A stretch of 64,000 bases of DNA from Patescibacteria group bacterium UBA1406 (GTDB lineage Bacteria > Patescibacteriota > Microgenomatia > UBA1406), in the NCBI GenBank assembly GCA_002305675.1, contig DBQA01000007.1, positions 174,653 to 238,652 on the forward strand. Direction: 5' to 3'. The notes beneath the pieces are model-generated. The model was not told where the DNA came from, ran no database searches, and saw nothing but the letters and a program-made list of their open reading frames with translations. Position 1 is the first letter of the stretch; every line of letters starts with the position of its first letter. Shown one piece after another: positions 15,731-24,658 of the stretch. The position numbers and the translations under genes were made by a program.

Positions 15731-18268
15731 TTATTCTTGCCAAAGTTTAGCAACTGTATCTTTTATTTTCTGTTCGTAGATTTCGATGAGTTTTTTATTG
15801 GATTCAACAATCGCTCGCTCAACTTCGATTTTTTCAACAATTTGCCTCTGGATTTCTAGGGGAGGTAAAAAGATTTCCCAATTTTTAACGAAATCTACTG
15901 GAACTCTTTGTAATCCACCTGTTCCTGTCATTTTTGATTTTCCATCGCTACCAAATTCATCTGTTGTTATGAACGTATAGATAATTTCTGAAAGTATTTT
16001 TTTTGTTGGACGCAATACTATATATTCGCTTGAGCCAAAACCAATTTTATTTTTTAGATTCTTGGCAATACCTGCCTTTCCGTTTTCGAAGCATGGTGTT
16101 ACTCGTGCGAGTAGAACATCATTTTCAGAAAAATAGGTGTAGCTTCCAACTACTTCAGAAAGTTTTTTTGTTTTAAGTACATCAAAGTAAGCTTCGTTCT
16201 GACTTAGGTCTGACATAGGAACAAAAGAGACCTCTGTTTGTTTGTTAATATTTTTTATCTCACTCTTCTTGGGATTAAATTTACAGACTTCACCCAACTT
16301 CACCTTCTCCCACTTCGGATCAATGTCGATTTTCGGTTTCCAGGTGGAGACGATCTGGCGGGCGGCATCGATTATTTTTTGATATCCATCCAACTCTTCA
16401 ACAATTCGTTTTTGTGTTTCAAGGGGCGGAAGGGGTATTAGTATTTTATTAAAAACATCTTTAGTAATATGTGTCATTATATTACCATGAGTTTTTTGGC
16501 GAATTTCACTAGTTATAATATCACCTAGATAATATAAATATTTTTTGTCAATTTGGTTGGATGGAATTACTTTGAATATATGTTGGTTCAAATATGCTCT
16601 ATCTCCTTGCCATATATAAAATCCTATTGTTGCAGACCAAGATATTAAAAGATCTCCTTTTGTAACTACTACTTTTTCAGGAATATTTATTCTGTCTGTA
16701 TAATTATAAATTTCGGAGGTTCCGGTAAGATTTTGTATACGTATAATTGGAGTGCCCCTATTTTTCCAGTCTGAAGGTTTAAAAGGATAACCATTAATGT
16801 ACTCTGCTACATTACCTAATTCAACCAACGGCCATTTTTTATTGACTATTATATTGCCAGGTTTGTATCTATCAAAAGAAAGGTTGTAATCACCGTAGTT
16901 TTTTATTTGATTCTTATCAACCAACAAAAACTTATCATGCAAAATAGCTACATTATCTTTATTGTCTTCTTTTGTTATTCTTTCTATAAAAGGTGTTATA
17001 GCTTTTCCTGTATTTATATATTCCTGATAAGCTTTGATTTCGTTAACTGCATCTGGTAAATCGTTTCTATCAATCGGTCTTCTTTGCGCGCCTAAATCAA
17101 AACCATCTGCTTCGATTTTGACAAACAAAATATCTTTTGCCTTTCTTGCTATTTGATTATCAAAAAGTAAAATACTAGTCTTAACTCCAGCATAAGGATT
17201 AAAAACACCTGATGGTAAACTTACAACTGCATAAAGTCCGTCTTCAATCAAACTTTTCCTAAGTTGTTTATGCGCATTGCTTGATTGGAAAATAATTCCT
17301 TCGGGAACAATAATTCCTGCACGACCATCTGGCTTTAGATGATTCATAATATAATCAACAAACAAAACTTCGGAACGGTTGCTTTTAATACTGAATTTAT
17401 TGTGCGGAACAATCCCTCCTTTTGGAGTCATAAACGGAGGATTGGCCAGAATTACATCATATCTATCCTGCCAAAAATCTTCGCTGCTTAAAGTATCATG
17501 AACTAAAATATTCGGATCCGGAAATCCATGAAGATATAAATTAACCTTTGCCATCTTCACCATATTGTCATCAATATCAAAACCTTTATAACTTCTATGA
17601 AGCTTTTGTTTTTCATCAGCTGAAAGTGATTTTTCTTCCGGATTTGGATTTCCTGAATCATCAACTCCATCATGCTGGCTAATCACATGCTTATATGCAC
17701 TAATCAAAAATCCGGCAGTTCCGCATGCGGGATCTAAAACTGAATCGTCTTTAGAAGGATTTATAACTTTAACAATAAAGTCAATAATATGCCGAGGAGT
17801 TCTAAACTGTCCTGCATCCCCCTGGCTGCCCATGATACTAAGTAAATATTCATAAGCATTTCCTAAATCTTCGCTGTTTTTATAATCAAAATAATCAATC
17901 TCGTTAAGAAATAAAGTTAAGGTACGACCATCATTAAAAGGAAGATAAGCACCTCGAAAAATTCCCCGGAAAAGTTCAGGTAAGTTTTTATTGTGCGAAA
18001 GACGGGAAAGTGCTTCCCTATATAAATCAATTCTTTCGTGCGCTCCTACTTTCGGATTCATTAATGTCCTCCAGCTGTATTTCGCGTATTCACCAGTAAA
18101 ATATCTTCTCTTTCCTCCCATACTCGCCGCCTTTTCATCCATATCATCCATAAACTTATAAACAAGAGCATTGGTTATTTCCTGAACCTGTCCTTTAGGA
18201 TCGGGGATTTTCCCGACTAAAACTTGTCTTGCGGCATCAATATGGCGTTTTGTTTCGGCTGTAAGCAT
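15731..18268 (-). CDS. hsdM-hsdS: Type I restriction-modification HsdM-HsdS fusion (N6-adenine methyltransferase plus two-TRD specificity subunit)
   Basis: 845 aa. The HsdM part has QFRTPRHI, DPACGTAGF (motif I) and NPPF (residues 276-279). From about residue 478 it is a complete HsdS: TRD1 (KWPLVELGNVAEYINGYPFK), conserved LPPLETQKRIVEELD, TRD2 (KWEKVKLGEVCKFNP), and conserved LPPLEIQRQIVEKIE. Confidence 0.85.
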   Translation of the reverse strand: MLTAETKRHIDAARQVLVGKIPDPKGQVQEITNALVYKFMDDMDEKAASMGGKRRYFTGEYAKYSWRTLMNPKVGAHERIDLYREALSRLSHNKNLPELFRGIFRGAYLPFNDGRTLTLFLNEIDYFDYKNSEDLGNAYEYLLSIMGSQGDAGQFRTPRHIIDFIVKVINPSKDDSVLDPACGTAGFLISAYKHVISQHDGVDDSGNPNPEEKSLSADEKQKLHRSYKGFDIDDNMVKMAKVNLYLHGFPDPNILVHDTLSSEDFWQDRYDVILANPPFMTPKGGIVPHNKFSIKSNRSEVLFVDYIMNHLKPDGRAGIIVPEGIIFQSSNAHKQLRKSLIEDGLYAVVSLPSGVFNPYAGVKTSILLFDNQIARKAKDILFVKIEADGFDLGAQRRPIDRNDLPDAVNEIKAYQEYINTGKAITPFIERITKEDNKDNVAILHDKFLLVDKNQIKNYGDYNLSFDRYKPGNIIVNKKWPLVELGNVAEYINGYPFKPSDWKNRGTPIIRIQNLTGTSEIYNYTDRINIPEKVVVTKGDLLISWSATIGFYIWQGDRAYLNQHIFKVIPSNQIDKKYLYYLGDIITSEIRQKTHGNIMTHITKDVFNKILIPLPPLETQKRIVEELDGYQKIIDAARQIVSTWKPKIDIDPKWEKVKLGEVCKFNPKKSEIKNINKQTEVSFVPMSDLSQNEAYFDVLKTKKLSEVVGSYTYFSENDVLLARVTPCFENGKAGIAKNLKNKIGFGSSEYIVLRPTKKILSEIIYTFITTDEFGSDGKSKMTGTGGLQRVPVDFVKNWEIFLPPLEIQRQIVEKIEVERAIVESNKKLIEIYEQKIKDTVAKLWQE

Positions 18269-18271
18269 AAA

Positions 18272-20833
18272 TTACTCCTTCATTTTATCAACATTAATAT
18301 AATCACGAATATAGCTAATTATTGGCTGATCTAACTGCGCCTGGCGTAAAGCATAGAACTCGTTTGCGGTTAACTCCGATGTAGTTTCCAATTCCTGAAA
18401 ATAACCATTGTTTATAACATCTCTGACTTTATCGGAAGAAATATATGCTTCAAAAAGTGAACGGGCACTGCGGTATAGCTGTGGGTCAGCAGCAAACTTA
18501 TCAGCTAATTGATTTAATTGAACAACTTCGTCAAACTTTTCATCTAATAATTCCTGTTTGGATTTGGGTTTTTCCATCCTACCCATAATCAAATCAAGCG
18601 CCTCGTCTACTTCTAATCTTCTACCCAGCTTAAACAGTTTGCTAATTTTTTCCAAAGTCATGTAGTATTTTGGTTTGTTAAAGACTTTCTCTTTTAAATA
18701 TTGAATTGCTGCAACTCTATCTTGCAAATCCAAATTTTGAAGTTCTTTGTCTTCCTTTTGTTCGGCTACAAAGCCTTTAAACATTTCTTGATCTACCGGC
18801 ATACCTTCGGGACCGACCACTGTCTTCAACAAGGTTTTTATCTTATCTTGTTCATGCAAATCCACCGGACCTTCATGTTGAACGGGTGGCTCTCCCACTT
18901 CGCCACTATTGCCGTTTGCAGTATAAGGACCAGGTTGCTCTTTAATTTGTCCTTCTACCTTTTGGGGCAACTTTATCTTTACTGTGTAGTCATATTTTTC
19001 ATTGAAATATTCACATACTGCAAAGAAATCGATTAATTTATAATGCGTTTTGTCTTTTTCATAAACTTGCTCCTCATTTGCATAATCAATATACCTAAAT
19101 TTGCATTTGCGAGTGCCTCTGCCTTTCATCTGAATGAAATCACTAGGACTGTATACTGGTCGCATAAAACATACATTAAGCAAATCCGGACAATCATATC
19201 CTGTTGTCATCATGGCAACTGTGATACACACCCTTGCTTTTGAACTCTCGTAATTTGAAAGCCATTTAGTTTTTCCTTTCAAATTATTGTTTGTAAATTG
19301 AGTTGTAAAAAGCTGTGAACCAGCGACATTACTTGTTACCTGAATTGCAAAGTCTGAATCATATTTACCGGGCCAGCGTTCATGAGCTAATTGATTTAGG
19401 ATATTAGTCAGTTTTGCAGCATGATTTTGACTAACTGCAAAAATTAAACTTTTTCCTAGTTCTCCACTTATCGGATCTGTTTCAGCTTGATTAAGAAATT
19501 CCTGACAAAACACCTGATTTGTTTCTTCGTTAAATATTTTCCTTTCATAATCTTTCCCTACAAATACGCCTTCAATTTCAACTTCCTCGGCCGTAACTTT
19601 GTGGACTGAGTAACCTTTATCACTTAAAAGTTGAGTGGTTATCTCGGTACGTGCATCTACTACAATGGGGGCAACTAAATACTTAGGCACTCCATCAGTT
19701 AAAGAAAATCTATATGTTGGTTCACCACTTTCGCAGCCAAAAGTTGTATATGTAGATAAAAGCTGTCGTCGTTCAAATTCTTTTTGTGAATTTGGCGCTG
19801 ATCGATCAAAACCTTTTAGATAATCTTTTGGTGTAGCAGTAAGTCCCACTCGATAACCAATAAAATATTCAAATACTGCCCGAGCATCACCATTTATAGA
19901 ACGATGAGCTTCATCGGATATCACAAGCTCAAAATCAGTAGGGCTAAAAATATCGCGGTAGCGATTGTTTACCAGTAAACTTTGCACTGTTGTAATAACA
20001 ATTTGACATTTGTTCCAACCATCTTTGTCCTTCTTGTAAATAGCACTTGTATAATCCTTTCCTAAATAATCACGAAAGGCTTTACCCGCCTGTTCTTCCA
20101 ACTCTATCCTGTCTACAAGAAAAAGTACTCTTTTTGCATTTCCAGTTCTCAAGAATAGCTTTATAATTGCAGCACAAACGAGAGTTTTTCCTGTACCAGT
20201 TGCCATCTCCAAAAGATATCTTTTTTTATCCTCTTTGGCAGCTTTTTGAATAGCATGAACTGCAGCTACTTGATAATCACGCATTATTACAAGTTTGTTT
20301 TTCTGTTTGAAATCAGCCTGGGATTCGCCACCCGCTTGCCATTCCGGAGAATTTTGAAAACCTGGCATTTGGGATTGTGCAATATAATCATTTTCTATAA
20401 CTTCTTCTGATAGTTTTTGCGGGTTTGGGGTATATTTTTGAAACTCAACCAAAGAAGCTTGTGCAGGAAAACGCATAATCTGTTCTGGGTTGCCTTCTTT
20501 TGTATCCCACAAATAGTGGATATTTCCATTGCTTAGAATAATATAGCGAGCATGAACACTATTCGCGTAATCCCTTGCCTGTTCTTTTGCGTTTAACGGG
20601 TGAATTTCTTCTCTTTTTGCCTCCAGCACTGCAACTGGAAAATTATCGGAACCTAATAATAAGTAATCAATGTAACCGTTTTTTGCATGTTCATAGTTGT
20701 CTCCCAAATCTTCTAGTCTAGTGTGAGATTCGACTTTAACATTAGCTTTATTTTCTCCATCGTCTACCAGTCTCCAACCCGCCTCCTCAAGAAGTTTATT
20801 TATTTTAAGTCTTGCCTTGGCTTCTTTTTGCAT
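18272..20833 (-). CDS. hsdR: Type I restriction enzyme R subunit (HsdR; nuclease plus SF2 helicase plus EcoEI-R-C-like tail)
   Basis: 853 aa. The N-terminal PD-(D/E)xK is IDYLLL...VLEAKRE. It also has Walker A (MATGTGKT), DEAH (VISDEAHRS), and a helicase C region (MKGRGTR). The hsdM-S ATG lies 3 nt after its stop, with a GGAG inside the hsdR 3' end. Confidence 0.88.
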   Translation of the reverse strand: MQKEAKARLKINKLLEEAGWRLVDDGENKANVKVESHTRLEDLGDNYEHAKNGYIDYLLLGSDNFPVAVLEAKREEIHPLNAKEQARDYANSVHARYIILSNGNIHYLWDTKEGNPEQIMRFPAQASLVEFQKYTPNPQKLSEEVIENDYIAQSQMPGFQNSPEWQAGGESQADFKQKNKLVIMRDYQVAAVHAIQKAAKEDKKRYLLEMATGTGKTLVCAAIIKLFLRTGNAKRVLFLVDRIELEEQAGKAFRDYLGKDYTSAIYKKDKDGWNKCQIVITTVQSLLVNNRYRDIFSPTDFELVISDEAHRSINGDARAVFEYFIGYRVGLTATPKDYLKGFDRSAPNSQKEFERRQLLSTYTTFGCESGEPTYRFSLTDGVPKYLVAPIVVDARTEITTQLLSDKGYSVHKVTAEEVEIEGVFVGKDYERKIFNEETNQVFCQEFLNQAETDPISGELGKSLIFAVSQNHAAKLTNILNQLAHERWPGKYDSDFAIQVTSNVAGSQLFTTQFTNNNLKGKTKWLSNYESSKARVCITVAMMTTGYDCPDLLNVCFMRPVYSPSDFIQMKGRGTRKCKFRYIDYANEEQVYEKDKTHYKLIDFFAVCEYFNEKYDYTVKIKLPQKVEGQIKEQPGPYTANGNSGEVGEPPVQHEGPVDLHEQDKIKTLLKTVVGPEGMPVDQEMFKGFVAEQKEDKELQNLDLQDRVAAIQYLKEKVFNKPKYYMTLEKISKLFKLGRRLEVDEALDLIMGRMEKPKSKQELLDEKFDEVVQLNQLADKFAADPQLYRSARSLFEAYISSDKVRDVINNGYFQELETTSELTANEFYALRQAQLDQPIISYIRDYINVDKMKE

Positions 20834-20846
20834 TTATACAGCCATT

Positions 20847-21080
20847 TTACCCCTTTTCTGATTTTTCGGCTAGGGTTATGAAACGGATTGGCGCCGAGGA
20901 TGATGTGGTAGTACTCGCTTCAGAATATACATTTGATTCCCAAATATTACTTTCTCTGACTTTTGCAGGCTCATCGTCATGTTTTTCTGAATGAGAATTT
21001 TTAAAATAAATAGCTAAGATACCCCAGATGACGAGGGCTATCATCAAGTAAGCTTCGATTTTCTTAATTTTATCAGGCAT
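20847..21080 (-). CDS. small TM protein, first ORF of the island
   Basis: 77 aa with one TM (AYLMIALVIWGILAIYF) and an acidic, Ser/Thr-rich tail. It stops 13 nt before the hsdR ATG and has the same AT-rich composition. Confidence 0.35.
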   Translation of the reverse strand: MPDKIKKIEAYLMIALVIWGILAIYFKNSHSEKHDDEPAKVRESNIWESNVYSEASTTTSSSAPIRFITLAEKSEKG

Positions 21081-21134
21081 ATAGATATTTTATAATGGCA
21101 GTTCTGCAAGTTATCAGACCTTTTAGGAGAAAAA

Positions 21135-21824
21135 TTAGGCAAGGACGGGGACGCTTTCCGTTGTGTGAAAACGGGCTGGATCCACAATGCCGGAGAGTTC
21201 GGGGTAGATCTCGAACAGCAGGTCGAAGAACACGCCGGTCTGGCTGCCGTGCACCTTGCGGTAGCTGTTGACCACCGCATAAAAATGCCGCATGAACTCC
21301 ATGTCCTCCTCGTCGCCCAGGCGAAGCTCGGTGACAAAGTCGGGCAGGGGCACCGTCCAGTTGCCTTTTGCATCTTCGTTCCAGACGCGGCTGAAATCCA
21401 TCCCCTCCACGCAACTGCGGCTCTGGTCGCACCACTCGAGGATGCCGCCCGCGAGGGGGCCGTTCAAAATGACCGCAGAGTGGGCGCCCACTCCCCGCTT
21501 GTAGAGGGCGAGGGGGGCGATGCCCAGATTTTTGGGCTGGACGATGGGGATGTTCTCTAAAAGTTCCACCGGTCGTAAAATGCCTTTGTGCAATCGACTG
21601 CCGTTGAAGTAGCGGTGGAACTCCCTTCCATGTTTCATCAGGGCCAGGGAGGCGACCATGTTGACGGGCGTCTGGTCGCAGAGGACGCGGCCCAAGGGGG
21701 ACTCGAAACCGAAGAACTCCGGGTGGTCGGTCAACAGCCTGTCCATTTCCGGGCTCGGATCGATGGTCAGTCGGCGGTGCACAGGACGGACTTCGGCCTG
21801 GACGGGGACATAGACGTCTTTCAT
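21135..21824 (-). CDS. hypothetical protein
   Basis: 229-aa GC-rich ORF with no recognisable motif. Confidence 0.6.
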   Translation of the reverse strand: MKDVYVPVQAEVRPVHRRLTIDPSPEMDRLLTDHPEFFGFESPLGRVLCDQTPVNMVASLALMKHGREFHRYFNGSRLHKGILRPVELLENIPIVQPKNLGIAPLALYKRGVGAHSAVILNGPLAGGILEWCDQSRSCVEGMDFSRVWNEDAKGNWTVPLPDFVTELRLGDEEDMEFMRHFYAVVNSYRKVHGSQTGVFFDLLFEIYPELSGIVDPARFHTTESVPVLA

Positions 21825-21940
21825 TGGATATATTATACTATGGGACTAGTCATAGGTCAAAAGTCACAATATTCGGGGTTATTACCCATTTCTAACTTCA
21901 ATCCGATGCTCTTATTGCAAGCAGGGAGTATAAGAATAGT

Positions 21941-22303
21941 ATGCTTGATTTCAGTTCTTTAATGATCTTCTCCGAGGACCCGGACAGGCTGGTGGAGTTT
22001 TACGCGAAGATTTTCGAGATGGAACCGGATTGGGCTGACGAAAGCTTCTCCGGGTTCCAGGTGGGCAGCTGTCACCTGATGATCGGGCCCCATGACAAGG
22101 TCAAGGGGGCGAGCAAAAACCCCGAGCGGATCATGTTCAACCTGGAGACGGAGGAGGTGGAGACAGAGTTTGCGCGGATGAAGAAGGCCGGGGCCAAAGT
22201 TATCGCCGAGCCGTACAAACCGGACGAGGAGGAGGATTACCTGATCGCCACCCTGGCAGACCCGGACGGCAACTATTTCCAGCTCATGTCGCCTTACGAA
22301 TAA
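21941..22303 (+). CDS. VOC (glyoxalase/bleomycin-resistance/dioxygenase) family protein
   Basis: 120 aa. The pattern LMIFSEDPDRLVEFYAKIF...FNLETEEVETEFARMKKAGAKVIAEP...ATLADPDGNYFQL is typical of single-domain VOC proteins. Confidence 0.7.
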   Translation: MLDFSSLMIFSEDPDRLVEFYAKIFEMEPDWADESFSGFQVGSCHLMIGPHDKVKGASKNPERIMFNLETEEVETEFARMKKAGAKVIAEPYKPDEEEDYLIATLADPDGNYFQLMSPYE

Positions 22304-22316
22304 ACTACTGCACATC

Positions 22317-23033
22317 ATGAGGAGCGCGAGCGAACTGGCACGACCGGAAGATCCCGCTACCCTCTATGCCGCCTACTGGCAGGAGTTCATGGCCTGGGCC
22401 AGGGACTGCGGCGCCAGCCAAAGACTGGACATCCCCGAAAATCTGGGCGGCGTTTTTATCCCCAGACAGATCCTGGAGATGGCCGAAGACCCGGGCAGGG
22501 TGCGCACCCTGTATACCGAAGAGGCGGATCCCCGCCGGCTGGGCGTTCTCATATATGAGCGGAAAAACCACTCCCTGACGGACCCCCTCGTCTTCGACCA
22601 GTATACGGCCGGCATGGATCTATCAGGCGCCAGGCAATACCGCCAGAACATACCCTTTTATGTCGACCCAATGCACGTCCGGTTCCGGAAACAGATCTAC
22701 GGCGGCCGGCTGACCCTGAACGACAAGGTCTATCTGGCCTACCAGGCGGACGCCTCCCCCGACTATCCCCACGTCCTCATGACCAGGAACCTCGTCGACC
22801 GGCCGGAACTCCACCGCCGGGGCATAGGTACCAGCTTTTACCAAAGGCTGGAGGACATCTACCGTACCCTGGGGTTCGAGTATCTGTTGGAGTTTATCGT
22901 CAGCGGGCATCCCGGCTTTTTCGATAAGATCCGCACCCCGTACTTTGACCTGTCCATGGAGGATAAGTTAAGGCTGCCGCCCTCCGTAGCCAAGTTCTCG
23001 CCTCTCCTCATGGTCAAGAAGCTGCAGGAGTGA
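22317..23033 (+). CDS. hypothetical protein, possible GNAT-like acetyltransferase core
   Basis: 238 aa. LVDRPELHRRGIGTSFYQRLEDIYRTLGFEYL resembles GNAT motif A (R-x-x-G-x-G). The rest is unrecognised. Confidence 0.4.
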   Translation: MRSASELARPEDPATLYAAYWQEFMAWARDCGASQRLDIPENLGGVFIPRQILEMAEDPGRVRTLYTEEADPRRLGVLIYERKNHSLTDPLVFDQYTAGMDLSGARQYRQNIPFYVDPMHVRFRKQIYGGRLTLNDKVYLAYQADASPDYPHVLMTRNLVDRPELHRRGIGTSFYQRLEDIYRTLGFEYLLEFIVSGHPGFFDKIRTPYFDLSMEDKLRLPPSVAKFSPLLMVKKLQE

Positions 23034-23041
23034 GGGCGTTT

Positions 23042-23074
23042 TTACCCGCTTCTTACCCGCTTCTTACCCGCCTT
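23042..23074. repeat. short tandem repeat, three 11-nt units
   Basis: ttacccgcttc ttacccgcttc ttacccgcctt, directly after the stop of 22317..23033. Confidence 0.8.
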
Positions 23075-23111
23075 TAACCGGATTTACACGGAAATGCCGT
23101 ATCTGTAAGGC

Positions 23112-23348
23112 ATGGTTTACAACAGGAACGAGGACCTGCCGGAGAGCGTGAGGAACGTGCTGCCCGACCACGCCCAGGAGATATACAAGGATGCCTTCAA
23201 TAGCGCGTGGGAGCAGTATGACGAGCCGCACGAACGGCAGGGCAACCGCACCCGCGAGGAGACGGCCCATGCCGTGGCCTGGAACGCGGTCAAAAAAGTC
23301 TACGAGAAGGACGAAGATAGCGGCCGGTGGGTGAAAAAAAAGGACTAA
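23112..23348 (+). CDS. chaB: ChaB family protein
   Basis: 78 aa. DLPESVRNVLPDHAQEIYKDAFNSAWEQY...REETAHAVAWNAVKKVYEK matches the conserved ChaB pattern. Confidence 0.8.
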   Translation: MVYNRNEDLPESVRNVLPDHAQEIYKDAFNSAWEQYDEPHERQGNRTREETAHAVAWNAVKKVYEKDEDSGRWVKKKD

Positions 23349-23369
23349 TTTAACAGGTATAATTTCTCT

Positions 23370-23756
23370 ATGGACAGGAAAATGCCGGCACTGATAGAAA
23401 AGATAGGCTTCGACTTTTCCTGGAGCGAGGAGAAGGTCTGGGCACTGGACCTGCCTGTGGAGGAGATGGCCGTGGCCGACCTCGAGTGGCATTTAGACGT
23501 TCCCTTTCTGTGGACGGACGGCGGCTACTATGACCTGAAGCCCATCGAGGTGATGGAAAACCCCGAGACACATGAGAAGGAGTTCAGGCGCACCATGGAC
23601 GCGGACCTTGAGTATCCCCTGGACATCATGTTCTGGAAGGGGCGCTGGCTGTTTCTGGACGGCCTCCACCGGCTGATGAAGGCCAAGCTTTTGGGGCACA
23701 CAAAGGTCAAGGTACGGAAGGTCCCTCCCTCCGCCATTCCCCTGATCAGAAAGTGA
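23370..23756 (+). CDS. hypothetical protein with ParB/sulfiredoxin-like DGxHR motif
   Basis: 128 aa. WLFLDGLHRLMKAKLLG resembles the ParB N-terminal-domain DGxHR box. Confidence 0.4.
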   Translation: MDRKMPALIEKIGFDFSWSEEKVWALDLPVEEMAVADLEWHLDVPFLWTDGGYYDLKPIEVMENPETHEKEFRRTMDADLEYPLDIMFWKGRWLFLDGLHRLMKAKLLGHTKVKVRKVPPSAIPLIRK

Positions 23757-23761
23757 CATTC

Positions 23762-24373
23762 TTACCAAGCACCGAAGCCCGGCCTGAAACCCTTATATAA
23801 CAGGCCATGTTCATCATACGCCTTATCATTGGACACTTGCTGTATTATGGCAAACTCACCCCATATTGAAGGTCCTATCTCGTCCCCTTCAGGTGTATAC
23901 CATATTCCATTATCCAAGACAGCATCTAAGGGGGCCGCCACTATCTTTGAGAAATATGTCCATTTATATTCTTTTCCATCGATCTCACCGGTTCCCCACA
24001 TGTGGTTGGTCAACCAAGCACCCGATCCTCTATAGCTTGCGTAGCCATAATGCCTGTCCAGTAGTCCATCATTATCGCAATCCTTATTAGAAAGCCAGGC
24101 ATCATTCCACTTCATCGATAGTTGTATATCCTTATAAGGCTGGCACCAAGCTGCGTCTCGATAAGCATCACAATAACCACCGTGAAAAAAGCGACCTTGA
24201 TAGTTGTAACCTCATTCATTAAAACCTACGGTTATTGGTAACCCATCGGAAGTCAACAGGGTTCCATCTTGGATCGTGGTACATTGTCCAGGTTTTGCAG
24301 CTTCTGATGGCTTAACGAAAGCTAGGAAAGCAAAAAAGCCAATAAGCAGAAAGGATAAAATTAACTTCTTCAT
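23762..24373 (-). pseudogene. secreted protein gene interrupted by an in-frame TGA (codon 54)
   Basis: ATG at 24371-24373 follows aaaggaggtgaataga (a strong SD) and encodes a signal peptide, MKKLILSFLLIGFFAFLAFVKPSEA.... There is an in-frame TGA at 24212-24214. The same frame then continues GYNYQGRFFHGGYCDAY... into ORF 23762..24115. Confidence 0.6.
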
Positions 24374-24658
24374 TCTATTCACCTCCTTTCTGGTGAAGGA
24401 AAATTGCTATAAGTACGTGCCCATAGTTCGTTTGATGAATATATACATCTTTTTCCGGTCCTGCACAGTGACCGTTCTCAAAAACAGCGGCCGGACCACC
24501 CGGACGGCCACTTCCATATTATAGGTTTTCTTCAAAGTATCCCTTCTTACATTCATATTACATATCGTGGCCTCATTATGCTCTTAAACTCAATTTGGGC
24601 TTGCAATCCCCCCGCTATATAGGTTACAATACCTGTCCTATAATTTTTCGCATCTGAG

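Larger units (their letters stand above)
12840..21130 (-). other. AT-rich genomic island (defence island), eight co-directional genes
   Basis: Composition breaks abruptly. 16441-16500 has 14 G+C of 60, against 39 of 60 at 12421-12480 and 35 of 60 at 21181-21240. All ORFs are on the minus strand with overlaps or gaps of 13 nt or less, except one 73-nt gap. Confidence 0.8.

Noticed and set aside
12840-21130. CRISPR array, integrase or transposase associated with the island
   Set aside because: No repeat-spacer periodicity and no recombinase or transposase ORF is present in or next to the island. The only recombinase-family gene (56360..57229) is 35 kb away and looks like a chromosomal Xer.
21044-21435. 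109-aa and 120-aa minus-strand ORFs crossing the right island border
   Set aside because: They are alternative frames of the 229-aa gene 21135..21824 that run on into AT-rich non-coding sequence, and their composition is Arg/Cys/Pro-rich.
24212-24214. The in-frame TGA as selenocysteine, or as evidence of genetic code 4 or 25
   Set aside because: Neighbouring genes terminate at TGA, so TGA is a stop in this genome. I could not see a SECIS-like hairpin directly downstream. A TGG-to-TGA mutation or a sequencing error is simpler.
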